Origin: Candidatus Poribacteria bacterium
GTDB taxonomy: Bacteria; Poribacteria; WGA-4E; PCPOR2b
Length of the DNA stretch: 64,000 nucleotides
Direction of reading: 5' to 3'
Assembly (NCBI GenBank): GCA_965208675.1
Contig: OZ242351.1
Location: 2,496,001 to 2,560,000, forward strand
The stretch's first letter is position 1. Every line of letters begins with the position of its first letter. The notes beneath the pieces are model-generated. The model saw only the letters and a list, made by a program, of their open reading frames with translations. It did no database searches and was not told the origin of the DNA. A program made the translations under genes and the position numbers. Shown piece after piece: positions 30,157-40,903 of this stretch.

Positions 30157-32463
30157 ATGGAAACAGAGAGAGAATTAATTCAAAAGCGGTTCATAGCGGT
30201 CAGTGGGATGAGCTGCGCTGCGTGTGTGGCGCGGGTCGAGAAAGCCCTGAATTCCGTTCCGGGCGTGTCGACCGCAAGCGTCAACTTCGGCACGGAACAA
30301 GCGGCGGTCCAGTATGACGAATCGGTTGTCGATTTTGAAACGCTCAAGACGGCAATTCGCGACGCGGGGTATACTGCGAAGGACGTTCCGCAAACGCGGG
30401 AGACGCGATTGGCTGCGAGAACACAAGCGCATGGGCGCGAGTTGTCTCAATTAAAATGGAAGATTTTCGCGGCTGCGCTCGTTTCTGCCATCGCCATGTC
30501 GTTAATGTTCTACCATCCAACCGCCCATGCCGCGGTGCGCCTGAAACTCGTCCTCCTCTTTGCTTTAACAACACCGATTCAGTTTTGGTGCGGCTGGCAG
30601 TTCCACAAAGGGGCTTATGCGGCGTTGCGGCATTTTTCGGCGGATATGAATGTGTTAATCAGCGTTGGCACTTTTGCCGCGTATATCTATAGCGCCGCCG
30701 TGTCAGCGGTATCTCTTTTTTCACCGCAGCCGAACCCGGCTAACTACTATGAAACAGCAGCCATGATAATCACCTTGATTCTCGTCGGTAAATTTATTGA
30801 AACTAGGGCAAAAGGGCGAACTTCAGAAGCCATCACCAAGCTAATCGGGCTTCAGCCAAAGAATGCGCACGTTCTACAGGACGGACGAGAAATTGAGACA
30901 GCCATTGAGAATGTTCAGATTGGAACTCGGGTTGTAATCCGTCCCGGTGAGAAGATTGCCGTTGATGGGGTTGTTTGCGAAGGCAAATCGAACATTAATG
31001 AGTCAATGTTGACAGGTGAAAGTATGTTAGTTCCCAAAACTGTTGGGGATGCTGTCATTGGCGGAACCATCAACGGGTCTGGGAATTTAATTTATGAGGC
31101 AACGAGGATTGGGGCTGACACCGTTTTGGCGCAGATTATCCGGCGCGTTGAAGAGGCGCAAAACTCCAAAGCTCCTGTGCAGCGGTTAGCGGATGTAATC
31201 GCCGGGATTTTTGTTCCGATCGTCATCGGGATTGCGGCGTTTACTTTTGTTATGTGGTTGGCCTTCGGCTCCGGTTTCACGATGGCGCTGCAGAATTTCA
31301 TCGCGGTCATGATTATTGCGTGCCCATGTTCGCTGGGGTTAGCCACGCCTACAGCAATTGTTGCCGGGATGGGGCGCGGCGCGGAGTTGGGCATCTTAAT
31401 CAAAAGCGGTGAAAGCCTTGAGATGGCGCACCGCATTTCTACGGTTGTGTTCGACAAAACTGGAACTTTGACACAGGGAACTCCAACGGTGACCGACATC
31501 ATTACGTTTGAAGATTACCCGGAATCAGAACTGTTGTCAATCGTTGCTATACTAGAGTCTAGATCGGAACACCCGCTAGCTGACGCGATCATTCGCGCCT
31601 GTAGCGATCGCGGGATACCGGTTCAACCGATTGGGGAAAACGGAGCGGTGGAGATACAACAGTTTGAAGCGGTTAGCGGTCATGGCGTTCGTGCAACTGT
31701 AGGAAATAACGACGTTTGTGTAGGCAGCCGCCGATTCATGGAGAAGAGCGGCATGGTGTTGCGCACGCACGATTTTGAGATTGAAGCGAAATTCTTCGAA
31801 GAAGGCAAAACCCAGATCTGGGTCGGTATTGACGGGCGAATTGTTGGACTCATGGCTATCGCGGACGCTTTAAAACCGACCTCCGAAAAAGCTGTGGACG
31901 CTTTGCACCAGTTCGGGCTTGAAACGGTTATGTTGACAGGCGACATTGAGACGGCTGCACGGGCGATCGCCCACCGCGCCGGCATTGTTCAATTTGTGGC
32001 GGAGGTTTTGCCGGAGGACAAAGCCGAACATGTGCAAGCGTTGCAAAAGGCGGGCAAGCGCGTTGCCATGGTCGGTGACGGCATCAATGACGCGCCCGCG
32101 CTAGCGCAAGCCGATATTGGAATTGCAATTAGCACCGGTACGGATGTCGCCATCGAAACCGCTGATATTACGTTGCTCAAAGAAGATTTGATGGGCGTAT
32201 CAACCGCGATTCAACTCAGCCGCAAAATCTTCCGCACGATCCAGTGGAATCTCTTCTGGGCGTTTTTCTACAATATACTTGGCATCCCAATCGCCGCCGG
32301 TGCCCTGTATCTGTTGGTTAAATCGTTGGACATTGGCAATCCGGAACAGTTCTTGCTCAATCCGATGATTGCCGCCGCGGCGATGGCGTTTAGTTCCGTG
32401 TTCGTGGTTACGAATTCACTTCGATTAAAGAAATGGGGGCATACGGTTTTAACGCGGGGCTAA
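30157..32463 (+). CDS. copA: Copper-exporting P1B-1 ATPase
   Basis: HMA GMSCAAC, TGES, CPC, DKTGT, SEHPLA, GDGIND, and YN / MAFSS Cu(I) signatures. Confidence 0.9.
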   Translation: METERELIQKRFIAVSGMSCAACVARVEKALNSVPGVSTASVNFGTEQAAVQYDESVVDFETLKTAIRDAGYTAKDVPQTRETRLAARTQAHGRELSQLKWKIFAAALVSAIAMSLMFYHPTAHAAVRLKLVLLFALTTPIQFWCGWQFHKGAYAALRHFSADMNVLISVGTFAAYIYSAAVSAVSLFSPQPNPANYYETAAMIITLILVGKFIETRAKGRTSEAITKLIGLQPKNAHVLQDGREIETAIENVQIGTRVVIRPGEKIAVDGVVCEGKSNINESMLTGESMLVPKTVGDAVIGGTINGSGNLIYEATRIGADTVLAQIIRRVEEAQNSKAPVQRLADVIAGIFVPIVIGIAAFTFVMWLAFGSGFTMALQNFIAVMIIACPCSLGLATPTAIVAGMGRGAELGILIKSGESLEMAHRISTVVFDKTGTLTQGTPTVTDIITFEDYPESELLSIVAILESRSEHPLADAIIRACSDRGIPVQPIGENGAVEIQQFEAVSGHGVRATVGNNDVCVGSRRFMEKSGMVLRTHDFEIEAKFFEEGKTQIWVGIDGRIVGLMAIADALKPTSEKAVDALHQFGLETVMLTGDIETAARAIAHRAGIVQFVAEVLPEDKAEHVQALQKAGKRVAMVGDGINDAPALAQADIGIAISTGTDVAIETADITLLKEDLMGVSTAIQLSRKIFRTIQWNLFWAFFYNILGIPIAAGALYLLVKSLDIGNPEQFLLNPMIAAAAMAFSSVFVVTNSLRLKKWGHTVLTRG

Positions 32464-32621
32464 GAAGTGATTCCGGAGTCTTCCAATCCCTCGGTCAATC
32501 AGAGAAACTAGATCGAGGTTGCCGAACTGATAAATATAATTCAAACCTAAAGTGGCAAGTGTATGCGGTTTGCGGCAGCATGTGTGGTTTAATTCCTCAC
32601 GTCTCTCCACATCTAGCGAGA

Positions 32622-32650
32622 TTGACAGGCGGTCTCAATCGTGATATAAT
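32622..32650 (+). promoter_or_regulatory. Consensus sigma70 promoter
   Basis: TTGACA-N17-TATAAT with extended -10 TG, upstream of 32736. Confidence 0.7.
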
Positions 32651-32735
32651 GCGTTTCATCAATGCACGAAAGTTCTTCGATTAACTCGCGGGAATTCATC
32701 CTCAGAAATTTGGAACATTGTAAGGAGACTAAGAA

Positions 32736-33737
32736 ATGGCAAGACCTGTAACACTGATTACTGGGCAGTGGGCAGATTTACCACTTGAGGATTTGGCGAA
32801 AAAAACCAGTCAATGGGGATATGACGGCTTAGAGCTGGGATGCTGGGGGGATCACTTTGACGTGCAAAAAGCACTTGAGGACGACAGCTATTGTCAGGGG
32901 CGGCACGATCTCCTAGCGCGCTACGGACTCAAGGTCTGGGCAATTAGTAATCATCTGGTCGGACAAGCGGTGTGCGACAATATTGATAGCCGTCACGAGG
33001 CGGTTCTTCCGCCCTACGTTTGGGGAGACGGGGATCCAGAAGGCGTTCGCCAGCGGGCGGCAGAAGAAATGAAAAACACTGCGCGTGCAGCCGCTAAACT
33101 CGGCGTGAGTGTCGTTAACGGGTTTACCGGCAGCAGCATTTGGCATCTGCTCTACTCTTTCCCGCCCAACAGGCCTGAGATGATTGACGGGGGGTTTCAG
33201 GACTTCGCTGACCGCTGGAATCCAATTTTCGACGTATTCGATGAAGTTGGCGTAAAGTTCGGCTTAGAAGTGCACCCAACCGAGATTGCTTTTGATATCG
33301 TTACTACGGAACGCGCCATGGATGCCGTCAACAGACGCGAGGCGTTCGGACTAAACTACGATCCGAGCCATCTTGGCTATCAGGGTGTTGATTACATAGA
33401 CTTCATAGACCGATTCGCAGACCGCATCTACCACGTGCACATGAAGGATGTCTGGTGGTCATCCACGCCGTGTCCCTCAGGCGTGTTTGGCGGACATCTT
33501 GACTTCGGTGACGCGAGGCGCTACTGGGATTTTCGGTCAATCGGACATGGTAAAATCGAATTCGGAGAAATTATTCGCGCACTTAATCGCATCGAGTATG
33601 ATGGACCTCTTTCAATTGAATGGGAAGACAGCGGAATGAATCGCGAGCGCGGTGCGGAAGAATCGTGCGCAAGAATCAAGGCTATCGATTTTGAACTTCC
33701 GGCGGCGGCATTCGATGCAGTGTTTGGAGAAGAGTAA
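32736..33737 (+). CDS. Sugar phosphate isomerase/epimerase (AP_endonuc_2 TIM barrel)
   Basis: [33 protein letters not shown]. Confidence 0.9.
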   Translation: MARPVTLITGQWADLPLEDLAKKTSQWGYDGLELGCWGDHFDVQKALEDDSYCQGRHDLLARYGLKVWAISNHLVGQAVCDNIDSRHEAVLPPYVWGDGDPEGVRQRAAEEMKNTARAAAKLGVSVVNGFTGSSIWHLLYSFPPNRPEMIDGGFQDFADRWNPIFDVFDEVGVKFGLEVHPTEIAFDIVTTERAMDAVNRREAFGLNYDPSHLGYQGVDYIDFIDRFADRIYHVHMKDVWWSSTPCPSGVFGGHLDFGDARRYWDFRSIGHGKIEFGEIIRALNRIEYDGPLSIEWEDSGMNRERGAEESCARIKAIDFELPAAAFDAVFGEE

Positions 33738-33812
33738 ATTCTTGGAATAAGGAGATATTTTACTTTTCAATGATCCGCGCCGCAACTGCAGCTCAAAGAA
33801 AGGAAATTAATC

Positions 33813-34817
33813 GTGTCCTCCAGGTATAGGGTTATAATAACCGATTACGGTTGGCCCTCTGTCGAGTTGGAGCGTCAAGTCCTCGCAGAAATCGGAGCGG
33901 AACTGATCGTTGCCGAGACCGGCGCGGAGGATGAGCTGGTCGCCCTTGCACCCGAGGCTGATGGTATTCTCACCAACTGGAAACCGACGACCGGTAACGT
34001 CATTCAAGCCGCCAGCGAATGCCAGGTGATTGGACGGATGGGTATCGGCGTTGATAACATTGATGTGGAGACCGCAACAGGGTTGGGCATCGTTGTAACA
34101 AACGTCCCGGATTTCTGCGTTGATGAGGTCTCCGATCACGCAATGGCGCTGTTATTGGCATGCGCTCGAAAGGTTGCGTTGTTGGATCGGGGTGTGAGAG
34201 ATGGTGAGTGGGACCGAGACGTGGGACCATCAATGCGCCGAATGCGCGGCCAAACATTAGGTATCATCGGGCTCGGAAAAATTGGCGCAACGATGCCGCC
34301 GAAAGCGAATGCCTTTGGACTAGAAGTCTTGGCATATACGCCGCGGTTGACGCCGCAGATAGCTCAAAAGTACGGCGTGGAGTGCACGAGCCTTCAAGAA
34401 TTGATTGCACGTTCAGATTTTATCACTATCCACGCACCGCTGACGCCCGAAACGGAAGGACTGATTGGAGAGAAGGAACTTCGCAAAATGAAGCCGACTG
34501 CGTATATCATCAACACGTCTCGGGGTGATATCATCGACTCAACTGCACTTCACAAAGCGTTGACTGAAGGATGGATTGCCGGCGCCGCTTTGGATGTACT
34601 TCCTCAGGAACCCCCCGCCGACGATTATCCCCTTCTCGGCTTGGACAACGTCGTTATCACCCCGCATGCCGCGTTCATGTCGGAGGAGTCCATCTATGAT
34701 CTAGAGATCAAAGCGGCGACAGCGGTCGCAAAGGTTTTAACCGGGCAGATGCCAGAATCGATCGTGAACCCGAAAGTCCTAGAAAACCCCGTGCTGCGAG
34801 CTAAACAACTGAGATGA
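33813..34817 (+). CDS. D-2-hydroxyacid dehydrogenase (CtBP-like)
   Basis: GIGVDNID, GIIGLGKIG, INTSRG, LDV..EP, TPHAA. Confidence 0.92.
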   Translation: MSSRYRVIITDYGWPSVELERQVLAEIGAELIVAETGAEDELVALAPEADGILTNWKPTTGNVIQAASECQVIGRMGIGVDNIDVETATGLGIVVTNVPDFCVDEVSDHAMALLLACARKVALLDRGVRDGEWDRDVGPSMRRMRGQTLGIIGLGKIGATMPPKANAFGLEVLAYTPRLTPQIAQKYGVECTSLQELIARSDFITIHAPLTPETEGLIGEKELRKMKPTAYIINTSRGDIIDSTALHKALTEGWIAGAALDVLPQEPPADDYPLLGLDNVVITPHAAFMSEESIYDLEIKAATAVAKVLTGQMPESIVNPKVLENPVLRAKQLR

Positions 34818-34848
34818 ACCTTGAATTCTTATTGTCAAGTGCCAAGCA

Positions 34849-36015
34849 TTGAGGAGGACTTTGAATCGGATACGGATTCTCTATGTTATCGATTCAATGG
34901 GAAGGGGCGGCGCTGAAACGCAGTTGCTCAGGACTTTGGCTCGGTTGAACCGTGATAATTTTGAAGCCTTTGTCGTATTGAGCCGGGAAGAGGGAAACTG
35001 GCTAAACCGCTTGGAAAAGCTCCCGATTGTCAAGAGAATTACCGTCCTGCGGAATGGGAGGAGGCGTTCTAAATCGGCTTTAATCGCAAGGGTCTTCAAA
35101 CTCGCGGCGATCGCGAAAGTAGTGCAGCCATCAATCATTCACAGTTGGCTATGGTATTCCAATTTCCTCTGCGGGCTTGCACGTCGGTTTGCCGTATTTT
35201 CTGACGTCCCATTCATTGTTTCACAGCGCGGCGACTATCATGCTAGATACGGGGGGTTGCGGCTCTGGTTGACGGAACGAATCATCTACCATCAAGCGGA
35301 CGTTATCCTGACCAATGCGGTTCGCCTCTGGGACAATCTTCGAACGCGTTATCCTGAAAAGCGAATCCTGGCAATTCTGAATATTATCCGTTCACCGAAT
35401 TCATCGTCTCTATCTGAAAGTAAACTTGGGAACGCGCATCGTCCTGATTTGCCAAAACAACACATCGTGAGCGTGGGCAGATTAGTCCCCGAAAAAGGCT
35501 ACCGGTACCTAATCCAAGCGTTAAATCTGCTCAGCACAAATTTCAATTGCCCAGACTTCACGGCGACAATCCTTGGCGAGGGCGAGTTAAAAGATGAATT
35601 AAGCCGTTTGGCTGATAGGCATCATCTGTCGGATCGTATTCACTTGCCCGGTTACTGTGAAGATATCTTTCCGATTTTATCTAGCGCCAATCTTTTAGTT
35701 CTGCCGTCGCTGCATGAAAGCGCGCCAAATGCACTCATTGAGGCAATGGAGATTGGGCTGCCCTGTGTCGCTTCTGACGTGGGGGGCGTATCCGACTTAA
35801 TCGAAGACGGAAAGAGCGGGTTGCTCGTGCCAGCTGCGGATTCCGAGGCGTTAGCACGGGCAATCTGCCGTGCGTTGACGGACGCGACGCTCGCCGACGC
35901 CATGGGCGAACAAGCACGGGCGAAGATTCACCGGCTGTTCGATAATGAAAAATCTATCCGGCAATTGGAAGCTGTATATCGAGAAGCTCTCAATCACCCC
36001 AGTCCGGTCAAATGA
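34849..36015 (+). CDS. GT4 family glycosyltransferase
   Basis: GGAE, VGRLVPEKG, E..PNALIEAM. Confidence 0.88.
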   Translation: MRRTLNRIRILYVIDSMGRGGAETQLLRTLARLNRDNFEAFVVLSREEGNWLNRLEKLPIVKRITVLRNGRRRSKSALIARVFKLAAIAKVVQPSIIHSWLWYSNFLCGLARRFAVFSDVPFIVSQRGDYHARYGGLRLWLTERIIYHQADVILTNAVRLWDNLRTRYPEKRILAILNIIRSPNSSSLSESKLGNAHRPDLPKQHIVSVGRLVPEKGYRYLIQALNLLSTNFNCPDFTATILGEGELKDELSRLADRHHLSDRIHLPGYCEDIFPILSSANLLVLPSLHESAPNALIEAMEIGLPCVASDVGGVSDLIEDGKSGLLVPAADSEALARAICRALTDATLADAMGEQARAKIHRLFDNEKSIRQLEAVYREALNHPSPVK

Positions 36016-37418
36016 ACCGTCCCAAACCTCGCTTCGCGTTCAAAAATCTCATCTCTCGCTTCCAAATCTCCGCGCCCCATCAATCTATCCTCAAAAACCT
36101 CCTAATTGTGACGCCGGTAAGCCTGATGAGCCGCGGCGGCACGCTGCTGATATACGCTGTTCTCGCTAATTGGTTCGGCGTAAATCCGGAGATGGACTTT
36201 CTCTATTACTATTGGGGGATTGGAGTCTTTCTTGTCCAAATCTTGAGTTCAGCTTCGGCGTATTCAATACTGATTCCATTGGTGGCGGAGGAACGCACAA
36301 AAAGTCAAGCCCATGCAAACGCGTGTCTGCGAGCAATCTTTTCGGTCTATCTCATCGGTATGCCCGGTATCTGCTGCGTGTTATTCACCATTTGCTATAT
36401 TGTTTCGAGCCTCTTCCTACCGCGCCCGGACATCCCCAATATCATCGCCATTGGCATAGTGTGCGGATTTGCAGTTTTCACAATCTCGGCTTCGATTCGG
36501 TGGCTGTTGAAAGGCGTCTTGGATGCGTATCAGCGTTTTAGTTTGCCGGCAATTGTTCAGGCGCTCGCTGTACCTGCCGTCATCGGGTTAACCTACGCCC
36601 TTAAGCCATCAATTGGTTTGAGTAGCATTGTCTTCGCGCTCATCATCAGCGAACTATTACAAACAATTGCGTTGTTCATTGTGTGCCGGTTCTCGCTCAA
36701 AATTAAGGGATTGTTTAGCCTTGTCCACGCGCAGCGCCACTGGCGGGCGTACTCGAAAACGAAACGGTTTGTGAAGCAGTTTTTTCTGATGATGGGCACT
36801 GCGATTTCCGCCGGCGCCAATCCTGTCGTCGATCGAGGGATGTCAAGCTCCTTAAGCGCGGGCTCCGTGTCCAAATTGGATTATTCCTTCAGACTTTGCA
36901 CGATTCCTGAAACCGTGGCAGGCGTTATCATGCCCGTATTGCTGTCTCACTGGTCGGCAATCTCCGCCGACGCCAACATTCAGTTCCTGCGGCAGAGTGT
37001 GTGGAAAGGCGTACTCGCGATTGTCGGCGTCATGGGACCGATAATCTACGGGTTTTACTTTTTCCGTGTCGCCATCGTAGATTTGCTTTACGGGCACGGC
37101 GCAATGTCTGAACCCGAACGGCTTCATGTTGCGTCCTTGCTCGGGATTTACCTGATTGGGACGCTGCCCCGCTTAATCAGTCGGCTGCTAATCCGCGCCC
37201 ACCTTTCCCTTCAAAACGTGACGTTCGTCTTCTCAGCGACGCTGGTCCGAACAGCCTTCAACCCAATTTTGAACCTCATTTTCATGAGGCGCTGGGGTTT
37301 GGAAGGCATTGCGCTGTCCACAACGCTGCTATCTTTTCCCTCAATGGTATACATCGGAGTGGCGTTCCTGATTGTCAGCCGCCGGCGAATGAATAGCATG
37401 AAGATAGATGAAGGGTGA
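36012..37418 (+). CDS. MurJ/MviN-like flippase (MOP superfamily)
   Basis: About 12 TM helices, VDRGMSSSLSAGSVSKLDYSFRL, GLEGIALST; overlaps the GT4 stop codon. Confidence 0.75.
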   Translation: MNRPKPRFAFKNLISRFQISAPHQSILKNLLIVTPVSLMSRGGTLLIYAVLANWFGVNPEMDFLYYYWGIGVFLVQILSSASAYSILIPLVAEERTKSQAHANACLRAIFSVYLIGMPGICCVLFTICYIVSSLFLPRPDIPNIIAIGIVCGFAVFTISASIRWLLKGVLDAYQRFSLPAIVQALAVPAVIGLTYALKPSIGLSSIVFALIISELLQTIALFIVCRFSLKIKGLFSLVHAQRHWRAYSKTKRFVKQFFLMMGTAISAGANPVVDRGMSSSLSAGSVSKLDYSFRLCTIPETVAGVIMPVLLSHWSAISADANIQFLRQSVWKGVLAIVGVMGPIIYGFYFFRVAIVDLLYGHGAMSEPERLHVASLLGIYLIGTLPRLISRLLIRAHLSLQNVTFVFSATLVRTAFNPILNLIFMRRWGLEGIALSTTLLSFPSMVYIGVAFLIVSRRRMNSMKIDEG

Positions 37419-37522
37419 GTTCATGCTGACACAGTGCAATCTATGTCGGTACTGCTTCAACCCATGAGTTTTAAACAATTTGGCCTGAAATTTAAAAGAT
37501 ATAATAATAACAAGGAGAAAAA

Positions 37523-38776
37523 ATGAATGTAGAAGCACTAAAAGGTAAAACTGTTGGCGCCGCGGTTTCCGGCGGGCTTGATAGCTGCACCATCACACGA
37601 TGGTTAGTCGATAACGGCGTCAATGTCGTATGCTTCACGGCTGACCTCGGACAACCTGACGAGGAGAATGTAGAGGAAATATGCGAGCGGATGTTGGCGT
37701 GCGGCGCCCAAGACGCAGTTATCGTTGATGCCAAAGATTCCCTAGCCATGGCGGGCATCAAGGTGATTCAATCTCAAGCTAAATATGAAGGCGGATACTG
37801 GAATACGACCGGCATCGCGCGGCATGTAACCGTCGAAGCGCTGCTTCCGGAGATGGAGAAGCGCGGCATTAACATCTTGAGTCACGGCTGCACGGGCCGC
37901 GGTAACGATCAGGTACGGTTTCAGCTCGCAGCCAATATGCTTAATCCCGAATTATCCGTATACGCCCCATGGCGGGATGCGATTTTTCTGGAGCGATTTG
38001 GCGGTAGAAAGGAGATGATCGATTATTGCAGCGAACACGGTCTGCCGATTCGGGCAACCCATGAAAAACCTTACTCGACTGACGCCAATCTGTTGGGCTT
38101 AACACACGAAGCCGGCAAATTGGAATCCCTCAAAACCCCCGCTAGATTTATCACACCCGGGATGGGCGTGCACCCAACGGATGCTCCTGATGAAGTTGAG
38201 TATTTCACCGCCGCATTTTCCAACGGGATCCCCGTTGAAGTCAATGGAAGTCGAGCCAGTCCGCTTAGTGCCCTTATTGAAGCCAATCGAATTGGCGGGC
38301 GTAACGGTGTTGGTATCGGCATCCACACGGTCGAAAACCGATTTGTTGGCATTAAGAGCCGAGGCGTTTACGAATCGCCTGGGATGGAACTGTTAGGCAA
38401 ATGTTACGAATACCTGCTTCAACTTATCTTGGATCGGCGGGCAACGCGCGTCTTCGAGCAGGTTTCCGCGGTGGTCGCTGAACAAATCTATCAGGGCTAT
38501 TGGTTCGACCCTGCGACCCAATCGCAGCTAGCGTCAATTGCCCCATTTACGCGCCTAGCGCAAGGGGTGGTTACCGTCGCGCTGTATAAAGGCTCTGTCG
38601 CCTTCCACGCCGCGGGCGAGGCGCCCCACTCGCTTTATTCCGAGGAAACTGCTTCAATGGAAGACGTTGGGAATTTCAACCACGCCGATTCCGAAGGGTA
38701 CGTATCGGTTTTGGGTGTCGGTGCGCGGGCGCTGGCTGCCGCGGGGCAGACGATGACGGAACGGTCACGCGACTGA
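37523..38776 (+). CDS. argG: Argininosuccinate synthase
   Basis: SGGLDS, HGCTGRGNDQVRF, YSTDANL, ENRFVGIKSRGVYESPG. Confidence 0.95.
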   Translation: MNVEALKGKTVGAAVSGGLDSCTITRWLVDNGVNVVCFTADLGQPDEENVEEICERMLACGAQDAVIVDAKDSLAMAGIKVIQSQAKYEGGYWNTTGIARHVTVEALLPEMEKRGINILSHGCTGRGNDQVRFQLAANMLNPELSVYAPWRDAIFLERFGGRKEMIDYCSEHGLPIRATHEKPYSTDANLLGLTHEAGKLESLKTPARFITPGMGVHPTDAPDEVEYFTAAFSNGIPVEVNGSRASPLSALIEANRIGGRNGVGIGIHTVENRFVGIKSRGVYESPGMELLGKCYEYLLQLILDRRATRVFEQVSAVVAEQIYQGYWFDPATQSQLASIAPFTRLAQGVVTVALYKGSVAFHAAGEAPHSLYSEETASMEDVGNFNHADSEGYVSVLGVGARALAAAGQTMTERSRD

Positions 38777-39291
38777 TCGGAACCGTAGGCGAAATTCGGC
38801 AATCGCCGGCAGGTAAAATGGATTTATAAACGAGTATAACAGCTTAGCCCAACTATGTTTCTATTACAGAATATAGTGCTTCACATATGCACTAAATGTA
38901 GTCCCAGTTTGGCTTTCCACCTATCCCCGCTATTGGACACCCAAATCGTTTAATCTCATTATTATGGTTCAGAGTTTATGCAGGTTTGGTAGTGTAAGCC
39001 TCAAACAGCGAAAAACGCCTGATGACCTAACTTGGCATTTTGTAAGCGACCAAATCACGTAAATGTCCCAAACGACCGGATTCTGCGTCAGATAAATCCT
39101 GCGCAATCATTGACTTTGGGACGTCAGGTTTTAGCCATTGTCTCGGCTGGGTGTCCACACACAATTTCAGACCTCAAAAATCTGCGGTTTTTCTTTGAAT
39201 GTAACCAGCAATGACTTCCTCAGAGTTGGGAGATTAACACATTCTTGCAAGACCGCAAGTCTAGTTTTCACTACCGGCTCGTTCTGTTGAT

Positions 39292-39329
39292 AGAAGAATC
39301 CGAATGCTTTCGCTTTGGGAGTATGTCAA
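39292..39329 (+). mobile_element. Possible degenerate IS200/IS605 right-end relic
   Basis: GAATCCGAATGCTTTCGCTTTGGGAGTATGTCAA resembles the GAATCC...GGGAG..TGTCAA ends of tnpB elements. No tnpA or tnpB is present. Confidence 0.3.
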
Positions 39330-39364
39330 TCCCGATCTGGCAAGACTCCGAAGGAGGTTAACTG

Positions 39365-40420
39365 ATGGCTAAAACGTATCGGGTTGGAATTATTGGCTGT
39401 GGCGGTATGGGAAGGATTCATTCAAGAGCTTATACCCAAAATCCAGCAACAGAGCTCGTTGCAGGAATGGACATCAACGAAGAATCGGCGAGACGAGTTG
39501 CCGAAGAATTCTCTATGCCAGCGGTTTACACCGACTATCACAAGATGTTAGAGAAAGAGAATCTAGACATTGTTAGCATTACGACCTGCCAAAGTGTGCG
39601 GCCTGTGATTACTGTTGCCGCGGCAAATGCAGGGGTTAAAGGCATTCTCGGCGAAAAACCGATGGCTGCTTCCTTGGGTGGTGCTGATGACATGCTTAAA
39701 GCGTGCGAAAAGAACGATGTCAAGCTCGCCATTGGACATCAAGGGCGTTTCAACCCAGCAAATACCGAGATTCGAAGACTTGTCAGAGACGGAGCCATCG
39801 GACAACCGACGCTGTTACTGAGAAAAAGCAAACACAACGCCGGACTGCTAAATATAGGTACACACCATATTGACGGGATGCGGTATCAGTTATCAGACCC
39901 TGAAACACTTTGGGTAATTGGACAAGTTTCGCGTACAACCGATAGGTGGGAACGCCGAAACCATTGTGAAGATTTGTGCATGGGATTGATTTGCTTTGAA
40001 GGCGGCACGCGGGGAGTGTATGAAAGCGATTTGCCTGAACCGGCATCCCAAGCGACCGGAATTTACGGGACCGAGGGCCAGATTAAAACTGGACAACACG
40101 AAACGGTCCTGCTTCTGAATAACAAAACCAGCGGCTGGAAACAGATTACGCCGCGAGCGGTGGGAACAGACCAATTTCAGGAGTTAATCGATTGGATGGA
40201 AGGAAAGGTGCCTGAACACCGTAGCAGCGGACGCCAGGCGCGTTATACCATGGAAATTATGATGGCAATTTACGAATCGCTGCGGGTTAAGAATTTGGTC
40301 AAAATGCCGCTCGAAACCAAGGAATCGCCCCTCGATTTAATGATTGAAGATGGCACACTACCAATACTGAAAAAAGGGCGCTATGATATTCGGCAGCCTT
40401 TTCCCGAACAAAATCGGTGA
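39365..40420 (+). CDS. Gfo/Idh/MocA oxidoreductase
   Basis: GIIGCGGMG, EKPMA, GTHHID. Confidence 0.92.
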   Translation: MAKTYRVGIIGCGGMGRIHSRAYTQNPATELVAGMDINEESARRVAEEFSMPAVYTDYHKMLEKENLDIVSITTCQSVRPVITVAAANAGVKGILGEKPMAASLGGADDMLKACEKNDVKLAIGHQGRFNPANTEIRRLVRDGAIGQPTLLLRKSKHNAGLLNIGTHHIDGMRYQLSDPETLWVIGQVSRTTDRWERRNHCEDLCMGLICFEGGTRGVYESDLPEPASQATGIYGTEGQIKTGQHETVLLLNNKTSGWKQITPRAVGTDQFQELIDWMEGKVPEHRSSGRQARYTMEIMMAIYESLRVKNLVKMPLETKESPLDLMIEDGTLPILKKGRYDIRQPFPEQNR

Positions 40421-40903
40421 AAAAGCAAGTTGAGATTCAATTGCAAGCAGATTCTGATGTGCGACACGGTCCATTGGCTGAAATACTAGCGCGGACTCGA
40501 AAGCGTCCATCGCCAACCTGGCACACCCGAATCCGACGCGCAGACTCCGGCGGCGTTGGCGAGTGATGCGCTGCCAGCCATGAAAACAGAGAGCCGTTTG
40601 GTTGCAGTTTCGGTTGCACGCACGCAGCGATGTCTGGGTTTTGTGGGGTAAGGACTAGTAAAATGAGTGAGGTTTGGAACAGGAGATTGGTCTGGCACGT
40701 ATGGTATCTTTGCGCTAGAGTCCCTAAGTCCGCTTCAGAGTCGCTTGATGCTCGAACTGCAGGTGGATTTATCGCTTAACTTGATTCCTATCGTTCTTTA
40801 AAAAAAAATAATAGCAACCCGATATTTTACACAAAACAGAGGTATATACTATTGATTGAAAACGGTCTCATGGTTTAGTTGGTAAAACCGTTGAATTCAG
40901 GAG